A stretch of DNA of 64,000 nt from Dehalococcoidia bacterium (GTDB lineage: Bacteria; Chloroflexota; Dehalococcoidia; Plut-88900). The position numbers and the translations under genes are program-made. The DNA lies in assembly GCA_965197645.1 (NCBI GenBank), contig OZ240219.1:288001-352000 (forward strand), read 5' to 3'. Below the pieces are notes generated by a model. It did no database searches. It was not told where the DNA came from and worked only from the letters and a program-made list of their open reading frames with translations. Of the stretch, positions 19,743 to 29,908 are shown piece after piece. Every line of letters starts with the position of its first letter. Position 1 is the first letter of the stretch.

Positions 19743-20264
19743 CTAGATGGGGCTGCCCTTCATGCCCTGCAGACCCTTGAGGACCCAGAGCTCGCCGAGG
19801 TGGCTGTATCCGTGATTCATGACAGTACGGTCTATTACATCGATCAGCGGCGACTCCCCGAAGGGTTTGACCATCACGTTTTCGGATAGGTCACTGTCGG
19901 ACAGGGTCGCCAGGTAGGCTTCCGCCTCTCTGAAAACGGTGCTCATGTAAGTGGGAAACTCGGCCCACGGGTCCAATCGAAGAGCGGCTGCGTCTTCCGA
20001 GGGCATGCCGGTGCCCTGAGACTTGCTATCCAGGTTGTACTTCGCGTCCCAACCGCCTTCGATCCACACGGTCGGCTTGCGTTGGAGCACCCAGAGGAAG
20101 ATGTTGTCCTCGGTGCGGAGGTAGTGCCAAAGGATGAAGGCGATGTGGTTGGCCAGACCTCCGGGACGCCAGTGGGCCTGCTCATCGGTGATGTCGGCTA
20201 CGGCATCGGTGAACGCTCCGTGAAGGTTCTTCATCGAGTCTTGCACGAACTCTATTGTGCTCAT
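19743..20264 (-). CDS. DinB family protein
   Basis: NHIAFILWH and HGYSHLGE metal-His motifs; AGGAG RBS. Confidence 0.8.
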   Translation of the reverse strand: MSTIEFVQDSMKNLHGAFTDAVADITDEQAHWRPGGLANHIAFILWHYLRTEDNIFLWVLQRKPTVWIEGGWDAKYNLDSKSQGTGMPSEDAAALRLDPWAEFPTYMSTVFREAEAYLATLSDSDLSENVMVKPFGESPLIDVIDRTVMNHGYSHLGELWVLKGLQGMKGSPI

Positions 20265-20265
20265 T

Positions 20266-21381
20266 TTATGCTCCTTTTCTTCTGGGTTGGACATCGACGT
20301 CGAAGGTGAAGGCCCCGCTGACATCATCGTTCACGACGACGCGGCCGCTGGCGCCGGCATCCCCACCCTGAGACACCCGCACGGATACATGGAAGGAGTC
20401 GCCGCCCAGGTTCACCCTGAAGGCGCCTTCAGATGGACCGGTCGATACCAACTTCTTCAGGCTCGCCAGCGACTCTTCCTGGTCCCTGAGTGCTCTGTGG
20501 GCTTCCTCGATCTCGATGGCCATGAAGCGCACCTCATCGCCGGGGATGCTCTGGGCAAGCCGCCCCGCGTCCACGCTGATGATGGTGGCGATCTTCGCAT
20601 AGCCTCCTGAGGTCCCCCGGTCGGCCATCAACGCTATGGGCTGGCCATCTCCGGCGACCTGTATCGCCCCGAACGCTATACCATCGGACACGATGTCGGG
20701 GCTGGACTTGTGCTCGATTATCGGACCCTCTAGCCTGTACCCCATCCGGTCTGACAGGGGTGTGATTGTGTAGGTAGAGTTGAGAAAGGTCTCGATACCG
20801 CGGCTGGTGAATGCGTCGTCCTGGGGGCCCAGAATCACCCTCAGCTCGAGCTCGTGAGGGTAGGAGGGCTGAGGCGCCCTCCGCCCTTCAAGGTCGGGAG
20901 GTGGCGAGAGAGGGGTGGTGGACAGCACATCGCCGACCGCCAGTGCCTTGCCGTCCAGGCCGCCGAATCCGGCCTTCAAGTAGGTGGACCGGCTGTCCAT
21001 TACCCCGGGCACCTCGATGCCCCCAGCTACGGCCACGTAGGCCCGGCTTCCCTGCTTTAGCCCCTTGAAGGACAGGGTAGTCCCCTGGGCGACCAGTACC
21101 GAACGCCAGGTGTGCGTAGGACTCCCATCCAGGTTGGGGGCCATGTCTGCGCCCGTAATGGAGATGAGGGCATCGGCGAGGAATCTGAGCTTCGGGCCGG
21201 CGATGGTCATTTCAACGCAGGCGTGGTCCTCGGGATTTCCCACAAGGATGTTGGCAACACGCAGCGCGTAGGTGTCCATGGCGCCCGCAGTGGGCACGCC
21301 GTAGCGCATGTAGCCATACCTGCCCAGGTCCTGGACGGTGGTCAGCAGACCCGGTTCAACGACTTCGATGACGTCGGTCAA
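20266..21381 (-). CDS. pxpC: 5-oxoprolinase subunit C (AHS2/KipA)
   Basis: TTVQDLGR, GAMD, SDRMGYRL, TSGGYAKI. Confidence 0.9.
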   Translation of the reverse strand: MTDVIEVVEPGLLTTVQDLGRYGYMRYGVPTAGAMDTYALRVANILVGNPEDHACVEMTIAGPKLRFLADALISITGADMAPNLDGSPTHTWRSVLVAQGTTLSFKGLKQGSRAYVAVAGGIEVPGVMDSRSTYLKAGFGGLDGKALAVGDVLSTTPLSPPPDLEGRRAPQPSYPHELELRVILGPQDDAFTSRGIETFLNSTYTITPLSDRMGYRLEGPIIEHKSSPDIVSDGIAFGAIQVAGDGQPIALMADRGTSGGYAKIATIISVDAGRLAQSIPGDEVRFMAIEIEEAHRALRDQEESLASLKKLVSTGPSEGAFRVNLGGDSFHVSVRVSQGGDAGASGRVVVNDDVSGAFTFDVDVQPRRKGA

Positions 21382-21421
21382 GAGTCCTCTTCCCCCTTGC
21401 GTTAAGGGGCGCTATCAACTA

Positions 21422-22150
21422 CTAGCTAGAATCTAGCCTGACCACCTGGTAGGCGCCCGATTTCACCTGGTCTTCCAGCTCCCGGTAACGGGCTTCATCG
21501 ATGGAGACGAACCGGACGGTATCTCCGGCCTGGGCTACTGCGGGCGGTTCGCGGTCGGGGTCGAAAATGGGGACGGGAGTACGCCCGATGAGCCGCCAGC
21601 CGCCAGGGCTGTCCAGGGGATATACGCCGGTCTGGGACTCGGCTATGCCCACCGAGCCGGCGGTTATGGTAACCCGTGGTGTGCTCAACCGGGGAGTAGC
21701 TATCCGCTCCGACATCCCGCCCAGATAGGGAAACCCGGGGTTGAACCCGAGCATGTATACCAGGTATTCGCCGCCGGTATGTATGTCGATAACTTCTTGC
21801 TGGGACAGGTTGTTGTGGGAGGCCACGAAATCCAGGTCTGGGCCGTACTCGCCGCCGTACAAGCAGGGGACCTCCACGATACTGGCAACCTCGGAAGCTT
21901 CCTCAGTAGACGATTGGTTGAGGGCGGTCAGGCGGCACTGTAGATCGTCGACGGCTATGCGCAACGGGTCATAATAGACAAGGATTGAGCAATAGGTGGG
22001 CGCCAGGTCTATGACACCCGGGATGGACTCCTCATCTATAGAGTGGACCAACTGCTTGATTCGGCGGTTGACTTCTCGGTCTATCGAACTGCCCAACTCG
22101 ACGTAGAGGGCCTTATCGCCACCGAGGAGAAATCGGGGTTGCTGGTACAA
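21422..22150 (-). CDS. pxpB: 5-oxoprolinase subunit B (AHS1/KipI)
   Basis: YGGEYGPDL, GFNPGFPY, SPGGWRLIGRT; TTG start 7 nt after GGAG. Confidence 0.9.
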   Translation of the reverse strand: MYQQPRFLLGGDKALYVELGSSIDREVNRRIKQLVHSIDEESIPGVIDLAPTYCSILVYYDPLRIAVDDLQCRLTALNQSSTEEASEVASIVEVPCLYGGEYGPDLDFVASHNNLSQQEVIDIHTGGEYLVYMLGFNPGFPYLGGMSERIATPRLSTPRVTITAGSVGIAESQTGVYPLDSPGGWRLIGRTPVPIFDPDREPPAVAQAGDTVRFVSIDEARYRELEDQVKSGAYQVVRLDSS

Positions 22151-22178
22151 AAGTTGACTCCCGGCTGGTGGGTCTCGA

Positions 22179-22943
22179 TCAGCAGAAGGCGCCCATGGGA
22201 ACCACCTGCACGCCCTCGGCCTCGAATTTGCTCCGCAGTCCCGCTGCCAGCTCGACCGCGCCGGGATTGTCGCCGTGGAGGCAGATGGTATCGGCTTCCA
22301 TCTGGATCTCCTCACCGGTAATGGCGGTGACCCGGGACTCCTTCACCATCTTGAGGCTGCGCCCGATGACCTCTTCAGGCTCGTGGAGGACGGAGCCGGG
22401 TTGAGAGCGGGCTACCAGGGTGCCATCGGGGTTGAAGGCCCTGTCAGCGAAGGTCTCGCGGGCGATCCTCGTCCCCATCTCGTTCCCTATCTCCACCCAC
22501 TGGGTGCCGGCGAGGACCACCAGGATGAGCTCGGGATCAACCTCCAGGACGGCTTCGCAGATGGCCCGGGCCAGGTCGGCGTCCTTGACGGCCATGTTGT
22601 AGAACGCGCCGTGGGGTTTGACGTGCTGCAGATGCCCGCCTTTGACGAAGCCTTTCAATGCGCCTATCTGGTACTTGATGTAGGCCTTGGCCTCATCAGG
22701 GGTGATGGTCATGTTTCGCCGTCCAAATCCCATCAGGTCGGGGAAACCGGGGTGGGCGCCGATGGCTACGCCGTTGTCGTCTGCGATGTCGACGGTGTGC
22801 TGCATCCACTGGGGGTCGCCGGCGTGAAAGCCGCAGGCCACGTTGGAAGAGGTTACATGTTTGATCACCTCTTCGTCCAAGCCCATCTTGTAGGCCCCGA
22901 AGCTCTCGCCCATGTCGCAGTTGAAATCTATCTTAGCGCTCAT
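22179..22943 (-). CDS. pxpA: 5-oxoprolinase subunit A (LamB/YcsF)
   Basis: DFNCDMGESFG, ACGFHAGDP, HVKPHGA, TICLHGD. Confidence 0.93.
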   Translation of the reverse strand: MSAKIDFNCDMGESFGAYKMGLDEEVIKHVTSSNVACGFHAGDPQWMQHTVDIADDNGVAIGAHPGFPDLMGFGRRNMTITPDEAKAYIKYQIGALKGFVKGGHLQHVKPHGAFYNMAVKDADLARAICEAVLEVDPELILVVLAGTQWVEIGNEMGTRIARETFADRAFNPDGTLVARSQPGSVLHEPEEVIGRSLKMVKESRVTAITGEEIQMEADTICLHGDNPGAVELAAGLRSKFEAEGVQVVPMGAFC

Positions 22944-23060
22944 GCCTATTACCTCCTGGCTAGACAGTATCGTACCGTTGGGTGGAAGCTAGTGTCAATG
23001 AGGGCAGCGGGGTTTGTGCGCGGTGGACTGCGTAAGTAAAATCCGAGGTGGGTTATCGCA

Positions 23061-24602
23061 GTGACGAACGTAACGCGTCGAACTTTTCTGAAGTGGTCCG
23101 GGGCAGCCATACTGGCAGGGCTGGCGGCGTACTCGGGCTGTAGGTTTCAGTCAGGCGGCTCGCAAGTCCCTGAAGATGTGGACCTGGAGAAGGTAAGGGA
23201 CGTCATCGTAGTGGGAGCGGGCATATCCGGGCTGGTAACGGCCTATCTCTTATCCCTAAGCGGCAGGCGGGTCACGGTCCTGGAGGCCAGCGATCGTCCC
23301 GGCGGGAGAGTGCACACCCATCGATGGCCCAACGGCCAGACCTCGGAGCTGGGGTTCGAGGAGTTCTTCGACCGGAACGTGGACTCCGACGTCTGGTGGC
23401 TTGCGTCTGAGCTGGGATTGACTGAAGATATCAGGACGTATCCCGGTTCGGTTGGAGCCTACCTCAGGGATAAATTCGTGCCTCCGAGGTCCTGGGAGAG
23501 CTGGGTGAGGGCCCTCCCCTGGCAGGATTCCACGGTGGACGCCGCGGAGTACTTGGAGATGTCCGAGAACATCTCGAGCCTTATCGGATACCTGTGGGCG
23601 CCGGGGCGGGAGGACGACTACCTAGCCTACGACCACCAGAGCATGTCCGATTGGATACTGGAAAATTACGACACATCGGGGCGGGGAGAGATCGAGTGGG
23701 TGATGAATATCTTTTTGAAAGCGGGATTTGGCGTACCCGTGGACCGTGTTAGCGCGGCGTACGGGATAGGCTCTTACTGGGTGTGGTACAACTCCCAGGC
23801 ATTTCACCTGCAGCATGGCAACGATCAGCTGGTCCACCGCCTCGTCGACCGGCTTCCTGCCGAAACCCTGAAGCTGGAGTCTCCGGTCTCCTCGCTGCGG
23901 CACACCGGCGATGGCGAAAAGGTGGAGGTCAAGTTTCAAACCGAGGGAACAGCTCGTACGCTGTCCGCAGACGTTGTCGTGACGACCGTACCCCATACCC
24001 TGGTGCCGGGAATCGTGCCCGAGCTCCCGGATGCCAGGACAAAATCGCTGTCCATGTTGGAGCACTCAAAGGTAATCCGCACCGACTATCAGTTTTCGGA
24101 GAGGACTTGGCAAAAGGAGTACGGGTTCTACGGTCTTGGCATATACACCGATCAAACGGCAGCCTGGATAGGCGACCTGGGCTCCGGAGGCCACGATACC
24201 GGCGTGCTGGCCGGATACGTCAACGAGCCCGAATCATCCGAGCACTGGGTGGACATGGATACGGAGTTCGTGCCCCACGCCTTGTTGAGCGAAGAAGCGG
24301 GCCGGCCTATCGCCAACCGAGTTCTGGGGGAGTTGGAGCGGGTGTGGCCCGGTCTGGAACGGTCGCTGATGGAGACAAGGGTCTCACAGGTGCCTTACTA
24401 TGGGCCGGTCCACCCTCCGAGATACGTCGCCGACGGGGCCTACTCCCTGAACCAGGAGCCGTTCGGTAGGATCTTCTTTGCCGGTGACTGGGTATACGGA
24501 TTCGGAGCCTCGGACGCAATTGGCCGCGCCAGGGACGTCGCCACTCTCCTGACCCAGAAGGGACCAGGTGCTGGACTGGGCGCTAGACGCCGAGTACTGT
24601 GA
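23061..24602 (+). CDS. Tat-exported flavin amine-oxidase family (lipo)protein
   Basis: TRRTFLK twin-arginine signal ending in Cys; VVGAGISG, LEASDRPGGR, IFFAGD. Confidence 0.82.
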   Translation: MTNVTRRTFLKWSGAAILAGLAAYSGCRFQSGGSQVPEDVDLEKVRDVIVVGAGISGLVTAYLLSLSGRRVTVLEASDRPGGRVHTHRWPNGQTSELGFEEFFDRNVDSDVWWLASELGLTEDIRTYPGSVGAYLRDKFVPPRSWESWVRALPWQDSTVDAAEYLEMSENISSLIGYLWAPGREDDYLAYDHQSMSDWILENYDTSGRGEIEWVMNIFLKAGFGVPVDRVSAAYGIGSYWVWYNSQAFHLQHGNDQLVHRLVDRLPAETLKLESPVSSLRHTGDGEKVEVKFQTEGTARTLSADVVVTTVPHTLVPGIVPELPDARTKSLSMLEHSKVIRTDYQFSERTWQKEYGFYGLGIYTDQTAAWIGDLGSGGHDTGVLAGYVNEPESSEHWVDMDTEFVPHALLSEEAGRPIANRVLGELERVWPGLERSLMETRVSQVPYYGPVHPPRYVADGAYSLNQEPFGRIFFAGDWVYGFGASDAIGRARDVATLLTQKGPGAGLGARRRVL

Positions 24603-24628
24603 GGGGGACAAGCTAAGGTTCGCTAGAG

Positions 24629-25417
24629 ATGTCGGAAGATCAGGACCACAAGAGAATCTTGATAGTGGACGACGAATGGGACTCGTCCATCGTTAAGGCG
24701 GTACGGCGGCGGATGGAGGACGAAGGATGGGAGACCGTTGCCGTTACGCCGGATGACTCATGGACATCGGCAGACGGGTTCGAGGATGCCGCTCTGTACG
24801 CCATCGAGCAGCACAGCCCCGATGGTACGTTGCTGGACGTACGATTCGGAGAGCACCGGGACGATAGGTTCAAAGGGCTGGGGATCCTCCGAAAGATCAT
24901 CGAGCGTCATCCCAGGCTGCCGGTGTTGATGTTCACCCAGTACGCCTCAGGGCCGGAGCGGGAGACGGCGATGCGCGGCACCCTGAAGTGGGACGCCCTG
25001 GTGGACTTCATCGATAAGCTGGCCAGCCCGGAGGAGACGGTGCTCCGGCTGCGGCGGCTAATGGGTGGTGCCCAGGAGACGATCTCCATCGGAGAGCGCA
25101 TCAGTCTGGATACAAGGACGAAGACCGTGTATTCGAAGAAGGGGGAGGCGTCCCTGCCCGTCGACGATATCCGGGGGATGAGATACGAGATCCTGCGCGA
25201 GCTGGCCGAGACTTGGTACCGGAGTCCAGGGGAACTGGTGCCCTTCAGCAAGCTGGAACGGTACTCCGAGGGCGAGGACGCCCGGGCCTCGCTGCGGGTC
25301 AGGATCAGAGAGATCAAGGCCTCTCTGAGCAAGGCCCTAGGATGGCGGCTGGGGGCAACCGACCTGATAATCAACGTGCGAGACCAGGGCTACCGTCTGG
25401 TCCCCCCTGCAAAGTGA
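24629..25417 (+). CDS. Response regulator with C-terminal winged-helix DNA-binding domain
   Basis: ILIVDDE, LLD phospho-Asp, conserved T and K; C-terminal INVRDQGYRL. Confidence 0.85.
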   Translation: MSEDQDHKRILIVDDEWDSSIVKAVRRRMEDEGWETVAVTPDDSWTSADGFEDAALYAIEQHSPDGTLLDVRFGEHRDDRFKGLGILRKIIERHPRLPVLMFTQYASGPERETAMRGTLKWDALVDFIDKLASPEETVLRLRRLMGGAQETISIGERISLDTRTKTVYSKKGEASLPVDDIRGMRYEILRELAETWYRSPGELVPFSKLERYSEGEDARASLRVRIREIKASLSKALGWRLGATDLIINVRDQGYRLVPPAK

Positions 25418-26379
25418 GAGCCGTCTCAAAGCTGACGGCCGTCAGAGTGGCCGGGGCGCTGGCGGCCATCGGTGGGGCCATCCTTCTCGTCCTTTCGCCC
25501 TTCATTGGCGATTCCGTCTTTTCCAAGCTATGGGCGGTCGAGCCGCTGGCTTACATCGGGGCCGTCCTAGTAGCCGCAGGCATGCTGGCAACTTCCCTCG
25601 CCTACGTTGTGCCGGAGATAGTGGCCAGGAAGCGTGGTGTAAGGGTCGATGACCTGGATAGATGGGTCCGTACAACCCAGGACTACTTCGACCTGTTCCA
25701 TCACGACCTCGGCCGGCCTCTACGTAGAATCCTGGGCAAGGAGCGAGAGCTCAGAGCGCTGCTGGCGTCCAGCTCGGCGGGAGTAAGCTCCGAGGTAAAG
25801 GAGCTTCTCGACGAGATCGAAGGCCAGGCCCCCAACTTCCGGCTGATGATGTCCAACATCCAGGTGCTGGTGCAGTTGGAGATGCCCGGAGCGCCTCGGA
25901 CGCCGGAACCGGTGGAGCCTTCCGAGATAGTGAGAAGGATCGTCGATAGGTATGGGGCCGTAGCCGAGGAGGCCGGTAAATCGATCACGTGGTGGACTGA
26001 GCCTACAGAGTTCGGCATCGTCTATGCGGATAGCTCGGCCATGGAGCACATAGTTACCAATCTCGTAGATAATGCGCTCCGGTTCGCCAGGAGCCAGGTG
26101 GAGGTAAAGCTGACGAGAAACCAGGACCACTTCTTTGTAAGGGTGTGGGACGACGGCGGGGGCATCTCTCCTCAGTACCTTCCTCATATCTTCGATCGGG
26201 GGTGGACTCCCCAGGTAGCGCGGCGGGAAGAGAAAAACAGCTCGGGGATTGGGCTGTTCATTGCCAAGACCCTCGCCGAAGCCAACGGAGGCGCTCTGAC
26301 TGTGGAGAGCAGCTCTGCCCCGGACCCGGAGACCCATACGACCTTCCTTCTCGGCCTTCCGTTGGGAGAAGCGAAGTGA
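25414..26379 (+). CDS. Membrane sensor histidine kinase
   Basis: Two TM helices, HDLGRPL H-box, NLVDNALRF, DDGGGI, IFDRG, GIGL; GTG overlaps the RR stop. Confidence 0.88.
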   Translation: MRAVSKLTAVRVAGALAAIGGAILLVLSPFIGDSVFSKLWAVEPLAYIGAVLVAAGMLATSLAYVVPEIVARKRGVRVDDLDRWVRTTQDYFDLFHHDLGRPLRRILGKERELRALLASSSAGVSSEVKELLDEIEGQAPNFRLMMSNIQVLVQLEMPGAPRTPEPVEPSEIVRRIVDRYGAVAEEAGKSITWWTEPTEFGIVYADSSAMEHIVTNLVDNALRFARSQVEVKLTRNQDHFFVRVWDDGGGISPQYLPHIFDRGWTPQVARREEKNSSGIGLFIAKTLAEANGGALTVESSSAPDPETHTTFLLGLPLGEAK

Positions 26380-26406
26380 TACTGCCCCCAGACTGGACCA
26401 GATAGT

Positions 26407-27000
26407 TTGAAACCGTACGTAGCATCCGGAAAACGTAGGTGGGTCTCCAGGGGCTTGATCGTCTCGCTGATCATCATCGTTGTACCGCTATGGCTGGCTG
26501 GGTGTGCCACGTCCGTGGAGCGTTCGGGCGGCGCGACGCCGGCATCCATACCGGCAACTCCAACTTCCAGCCCGACTCAGGTCCCGATAACAACCGCGAC
26601 ACCCTCCCCTACGCCGGCTCCGATTGCCACAGCCAGCCCGACGGTTGTTCCAACCCCGGCGCCTACGACCACCTCAACGGCCACGCCGACCCCGGCGCCA
26701 ACTCCGGAGGCCACCCCCACCTCCCTTCCCATCGGCAGCGAGTTGATCGACGACCTGTTCCTGCAGATAACCAACTTCCCCAAGGAGAGTGTGGTTCGCA
26801 CCAACACCGTCGATCTAGCGGGCCGCACCAGTCCCGACGCCCTCGTCAGCGTTAACGGAGTGCTGGTTGACGTGGACGCCGACGGTGCTTTTGCGGCGAC
26901 GGTGACCTTGAACGAAGAACCCAATCTGGTAGAGGTCATCGCCAGCGACTTTCGCGGCAATCAAGTAAGCGCCGTGCTGACCATTATCTACATACCATAA
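26407..27000 (+). CDS. Lipoprotein with Pro/Thr linker and C-terminal Ig-like domain
   Basis: LAGC lipobox, PT-rich tract, GRT...VSVNG..V..DGAF...L....N.VEVIA. Confidence 0.75.
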   Translation: MKPYVASGKRRWVSRGLIVSLIIIVVPLWLAGCATSVERSGGATPASIPATPTSSPTQVPITTATPSPTPAPIATASPTVVPTPAPTTTSTATPTPAPTPEATPTSLPIGSELIDDLFLQITNFPKESVVRTNTVDLAGRTSPDALVSVNGVLVDVDADGAFAATVTLNEEPNLVEVIASDFRGNQVSAVLTIIYIP

Positions 27001-27040
27001 TCACAATAATTGGTAACACAGCAGTAATGCTCTTAATGAA

Positions 27041-28894
27041 ATGATCAAGACACCGAGACGAAAAACGCGATTAGTGGAGGTTGGGACAGGGAGAGTGATA
27101 AACCCGGGCCGCCTGATGGCAGCGGCGACGATCGTGCTGCTACTCTCGATGATCACCGCGGGAGGCGCCTTTGCCGCCCCTGTGTTTCAGCTGAGCGAAG
27201 AGCGGGGGGGAGTGTTCGGTACGGTATCCGCCATTCTGGACGACTCCCTGGTGCTGGACGGTGAGAAGATAGTGGCCACCGACAGCAACACCCGCGTGCT
27301 GGTCCCCGGCGCCGAGGAAGCGAGCCTGGAGGATATTTCGATTGGAGACCGGCTGGCCGTCGTTGCGGAGGCGCACGAGGATGGGGGCATAGTAGCCATA
27401 GACATAATGGTGACCCCTCCACAGCCCGTTAACAACGACCACGTGGTAGGGGTGGTAACCAACACGGAAAACGGTGTCATCACCGTCACCGACAACGATG
27501 GCAACTCCGTCGATGTAGAGGTTCCCGATACTGCGGAGATCAAAATAGGGGACTTTCTCACCATAGTTTCCGACAAGGGCAGCGAAACGGAAAATCGCTC
27601 AGCGCGAGCGATAGCCGAGATCGACCATGTGATAAATCGCCTCACTGAGGACATCGAGGCGGCGACGGATAGGGCCACAATGAGGCTGCAAGAGTTGCTG
27701 GAGGACAACGGCGACGGACACCTGACGGCTCTTTCGAAGGTCCTGGAGAAGACTTCTCAGCAAGCCCGAGAGGCCCTGGAAAGGGCTTTTGAGCAGGCCC
27801 AACTCGAGCTCGAGGAGACGCTGGCAGAGCTCGGGGCCAATAGTCCTGGCATAAGAGTGCGGGGATTCGTGAGAGGGTTGGTTATCGAGCAGGCTATAGG
27901 GGTCATTGCCATCGACTCCATCGACGACGGTGTAGTAATACTGAAAATCACCGGCGAAACCGATTTGGCAGAGGGCGTAGAGGAAGGGAGCTTCGTCAAG
28001 GCCAGCTACAATCGGGGCCAACTAGCATCCAGGATTACCCTTGACGACGACTCGGTAGTTTTCAGAGGCGTGATTCAGCGCCTTTCCGACACGGCGTTCC
28101 TGCTCGAGGACATTGAGTTTCAGATAGTCGAAGAGACGGAGATACAGGGCATGCTGGAAGCAGGGGCGTCCGTCCAAGTGAAAGGCGTACATGAAGGTAA
28201 AGAGCTCGTCGCGGTAGCGGTGGAAGTAATGGGAGTGGATGAGGAAGAAGGGGACCCCGACAAGATCGAGTTTCTGGGCGTGGTCACCGTCGTGCTTTCC
28301 GACCAAGAGGTCGAAATAGAGGGTCACGCAGTAGTAATAACTCCGGACACGGAGATAGACGGCAGGCTGGTGGAGGGCGCACTGGTCAAGATTCAGGGCG
28401 AAATCAGCGACGGATCGCTGATCGTTAAAGAGATAAGAATGCTGGAAGTCGGGAGTGACGATGTCAGGTTCAGAGGCGTAGTCACCGGGATCTTGAGCGA
28501 GGGTGACATAGAGGTGGACGGGCGGATTGTCCGGATAACTGAGGACACGGAGATAGAGGGTGATCTGGCACTGGGGGCTCAAGCAAAGATCGAGGGGATC
28601 AGGGACGGTCTGACGGTCATCGCCTCCGCGATAGACGTAAAAGCGCAGGAGGAGTTGGAGAGGGAGGTGGAATTCGCCGGTACGATTACGGAAATCTTCG
28701 ATACGGGCCTGAAGGTCGATGGACTGACGGTGCGGCTGGCGCCTGACTCCAACGTCGCGGAGACCCTTTACCTGGGTGCCAGGGTGCGGGTGGAGGCCGT
28801 GATGACCGAGGATGGTCTCGTGGCGGCGGAAATTGTGATAGAGGAGTTGGAGGGGGACGAGGATGACGCTCCGCTTGATGTCGGAGACGCGTAA
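27041..28894 (+). CDS. Acidic secreted protein with multiple DUF5666-like beta-barrel repeats
   Basis: Signal peptide ending AFA; repeated F.G.V.......VDG..V.IT.DTEI.G.L..GA.V.I.G units; helical DUF5667-like segment. Confidence 0.75.
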   Translation: MIKTPRRKTRLVEVGTGRVINPGRLMAAATIVLLLSMITAGGAFAAPVFQLSEERGGVFGTVSAILDDSLVLDGEKIVATDSNTRVLVPGAEEASLEDISIGDRLAVVAEAHEDGGIVAIDIMVTPPQPVNNDHVVGVVTNTENGVITVTDNDGNSVDVEVPDTAEIKIGDFLTIVSDKGSETENRSARAIAEIDHVINRLTEDIEAATDRATMRLQELLEDNGDGHLTALSKVLEKTSQQAREALERAFEQAQLELEETLAELGANSPGIRVRGFVRGLVIEQAIGVIAIDSIDDGVVILKITGETDLAEGVEEGSFVKASYNRGQLASRITLDDDSVVFRGVIQRLSDTAFLLEDIEFQIVEETEIQGMLEAGASVQVKGVHEGKELVAVAVEVMGVDEEEGDPDKIEFLGVVTVVLSDQEVEIEGHAVVITPDTEIDGRLVEGALVKIQGEISDGSLIVKEIRMLEVGSDDVRFRGVVTGILSEGDIEVDGRIVRITEDTEIEGDLALGAQAKIEGIRDGLTVIASAIDVKAQEELEREVEFAGTITEIFDTGLKVDGLTVRLAPDSNVAETLYLGARVRVEAVMTEDGLVAAEIVIEELEGDEDDAPLDVGDA

Positions 28895-29074
28895 GACTCT
28901 ACGTCATCACTTGGATTTCAGCCCGCGTGCTCCAACTGCCCACCTATCGGAGAAGGGGTCCTGCCACGGCTCCACTACTACCGGTAGGAATTCTCTGAAC
29001 TCGTTCAGATAGATGTGAGACAGAGGATGCTCGTCGGTGTTAGACTGAGCCGCAAAATCTCCGGGAGCTTGCTC

Positions 29075-29902
29075 ATGAAGTTCAGCATCATCTATCCCAT
29101 TATGGAGCACTACTGTGACCCGAAGCTGATAGCGCCCGTGGCCAGGGCCGCGGATGGCATCGGCTTCGATTCATTTCTGGTCTGGGACCACTACACCCTG
29201 CCCGACGGCCCCGAAACGTTGGATGCCTGGGATGTTCTGGCCTACGCGGCCGGCGTAACTTCCCATATGCGTCTGGGAACGGTCGTAACGCCCATCCCCT
29301 TCCGGCCTCCCGCCCAGCTGGCCAAGCAGGTCGCTACCGTGGACATCTTGTCCGAGGGCAGGGCGATCCTGGGCGTGGGCGTCGGATGGCACCAGGACGA
29401 GTTCGATGGATACAGCCAGTGGGACCCGCTGGGAGTCCGGGTGAAGAAGACGATGGAAGGGCTGGACCTGATTGTTCGGCTGTGGACGGAGGACAAGGTG
29501 GACTTCGATGGGGAGTACTACCAGGCCAAGGGCGCCGTCCTCGAGCCGAAACCGGTGTCCAAGCCCCACCCGCCCTTGTGGTTCGGGGTGCTGGGACCAA
29601 AGATGCGGAGGCTGACCGCCAGATATGGAGACGCCTGGATCCCCAACCCGACGGGAGGAGACGAGTACCGGCAAATGCTGGAAGAGATGCACCGCCACCA
29701 GGCCGAGATCGGCACTTCGCCGCCGGTGATCGGGGCGATCCAGCACGACTGCTGCAACACCGTAGACGAGTACCTCAGCGTCTTCGAGGAGTACGGCAAG
29801 GCGGGATGCGAGAACTTCGGGCTGATCTGGGCCTATCCCCAGGACGAGATGGTGGACCGGCTCAAATGGTTCGAGCGGGAGGTTATGCCGAAGGTCTCCT
29901 GA
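29075..29902 (+). CDS. LLM-class (luciferase-like) flavin/F420-dependent oxidoreductase
   Basis: GFDSFLVWDH, RLGTVV, RPPAQLAKQVATVD, GRAILGVGVGW, PKP..KPHPP. Confidence 0.9.
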   Translation: MKFSIIYPIMEHYCDPKLIAPVARAADGIGFDSFLVWDHYTLPDGPETLDAWDVLAYAAGVTSHMRLGTVVTPIPFRPPAQLAKQVATVDILSEGRAILGVGVGWHQDEFDGYSQWDPLGVRVKKTMEGLDLIVRLWTEDKVDFDGEYYQAKGAVLEPKPVSKPHPPLWFGVLGPKMRRLTARYGDAWIPNPTGGDEYRQMLEEMHRHQAEIGTSPPVIGAIQHDCCNTVDEYLSVFEEYGKAGCENFGLIWAYPQDEMVDRLKWFEREVMPKVS

Positions 29903-29908
29903 TCCGGG

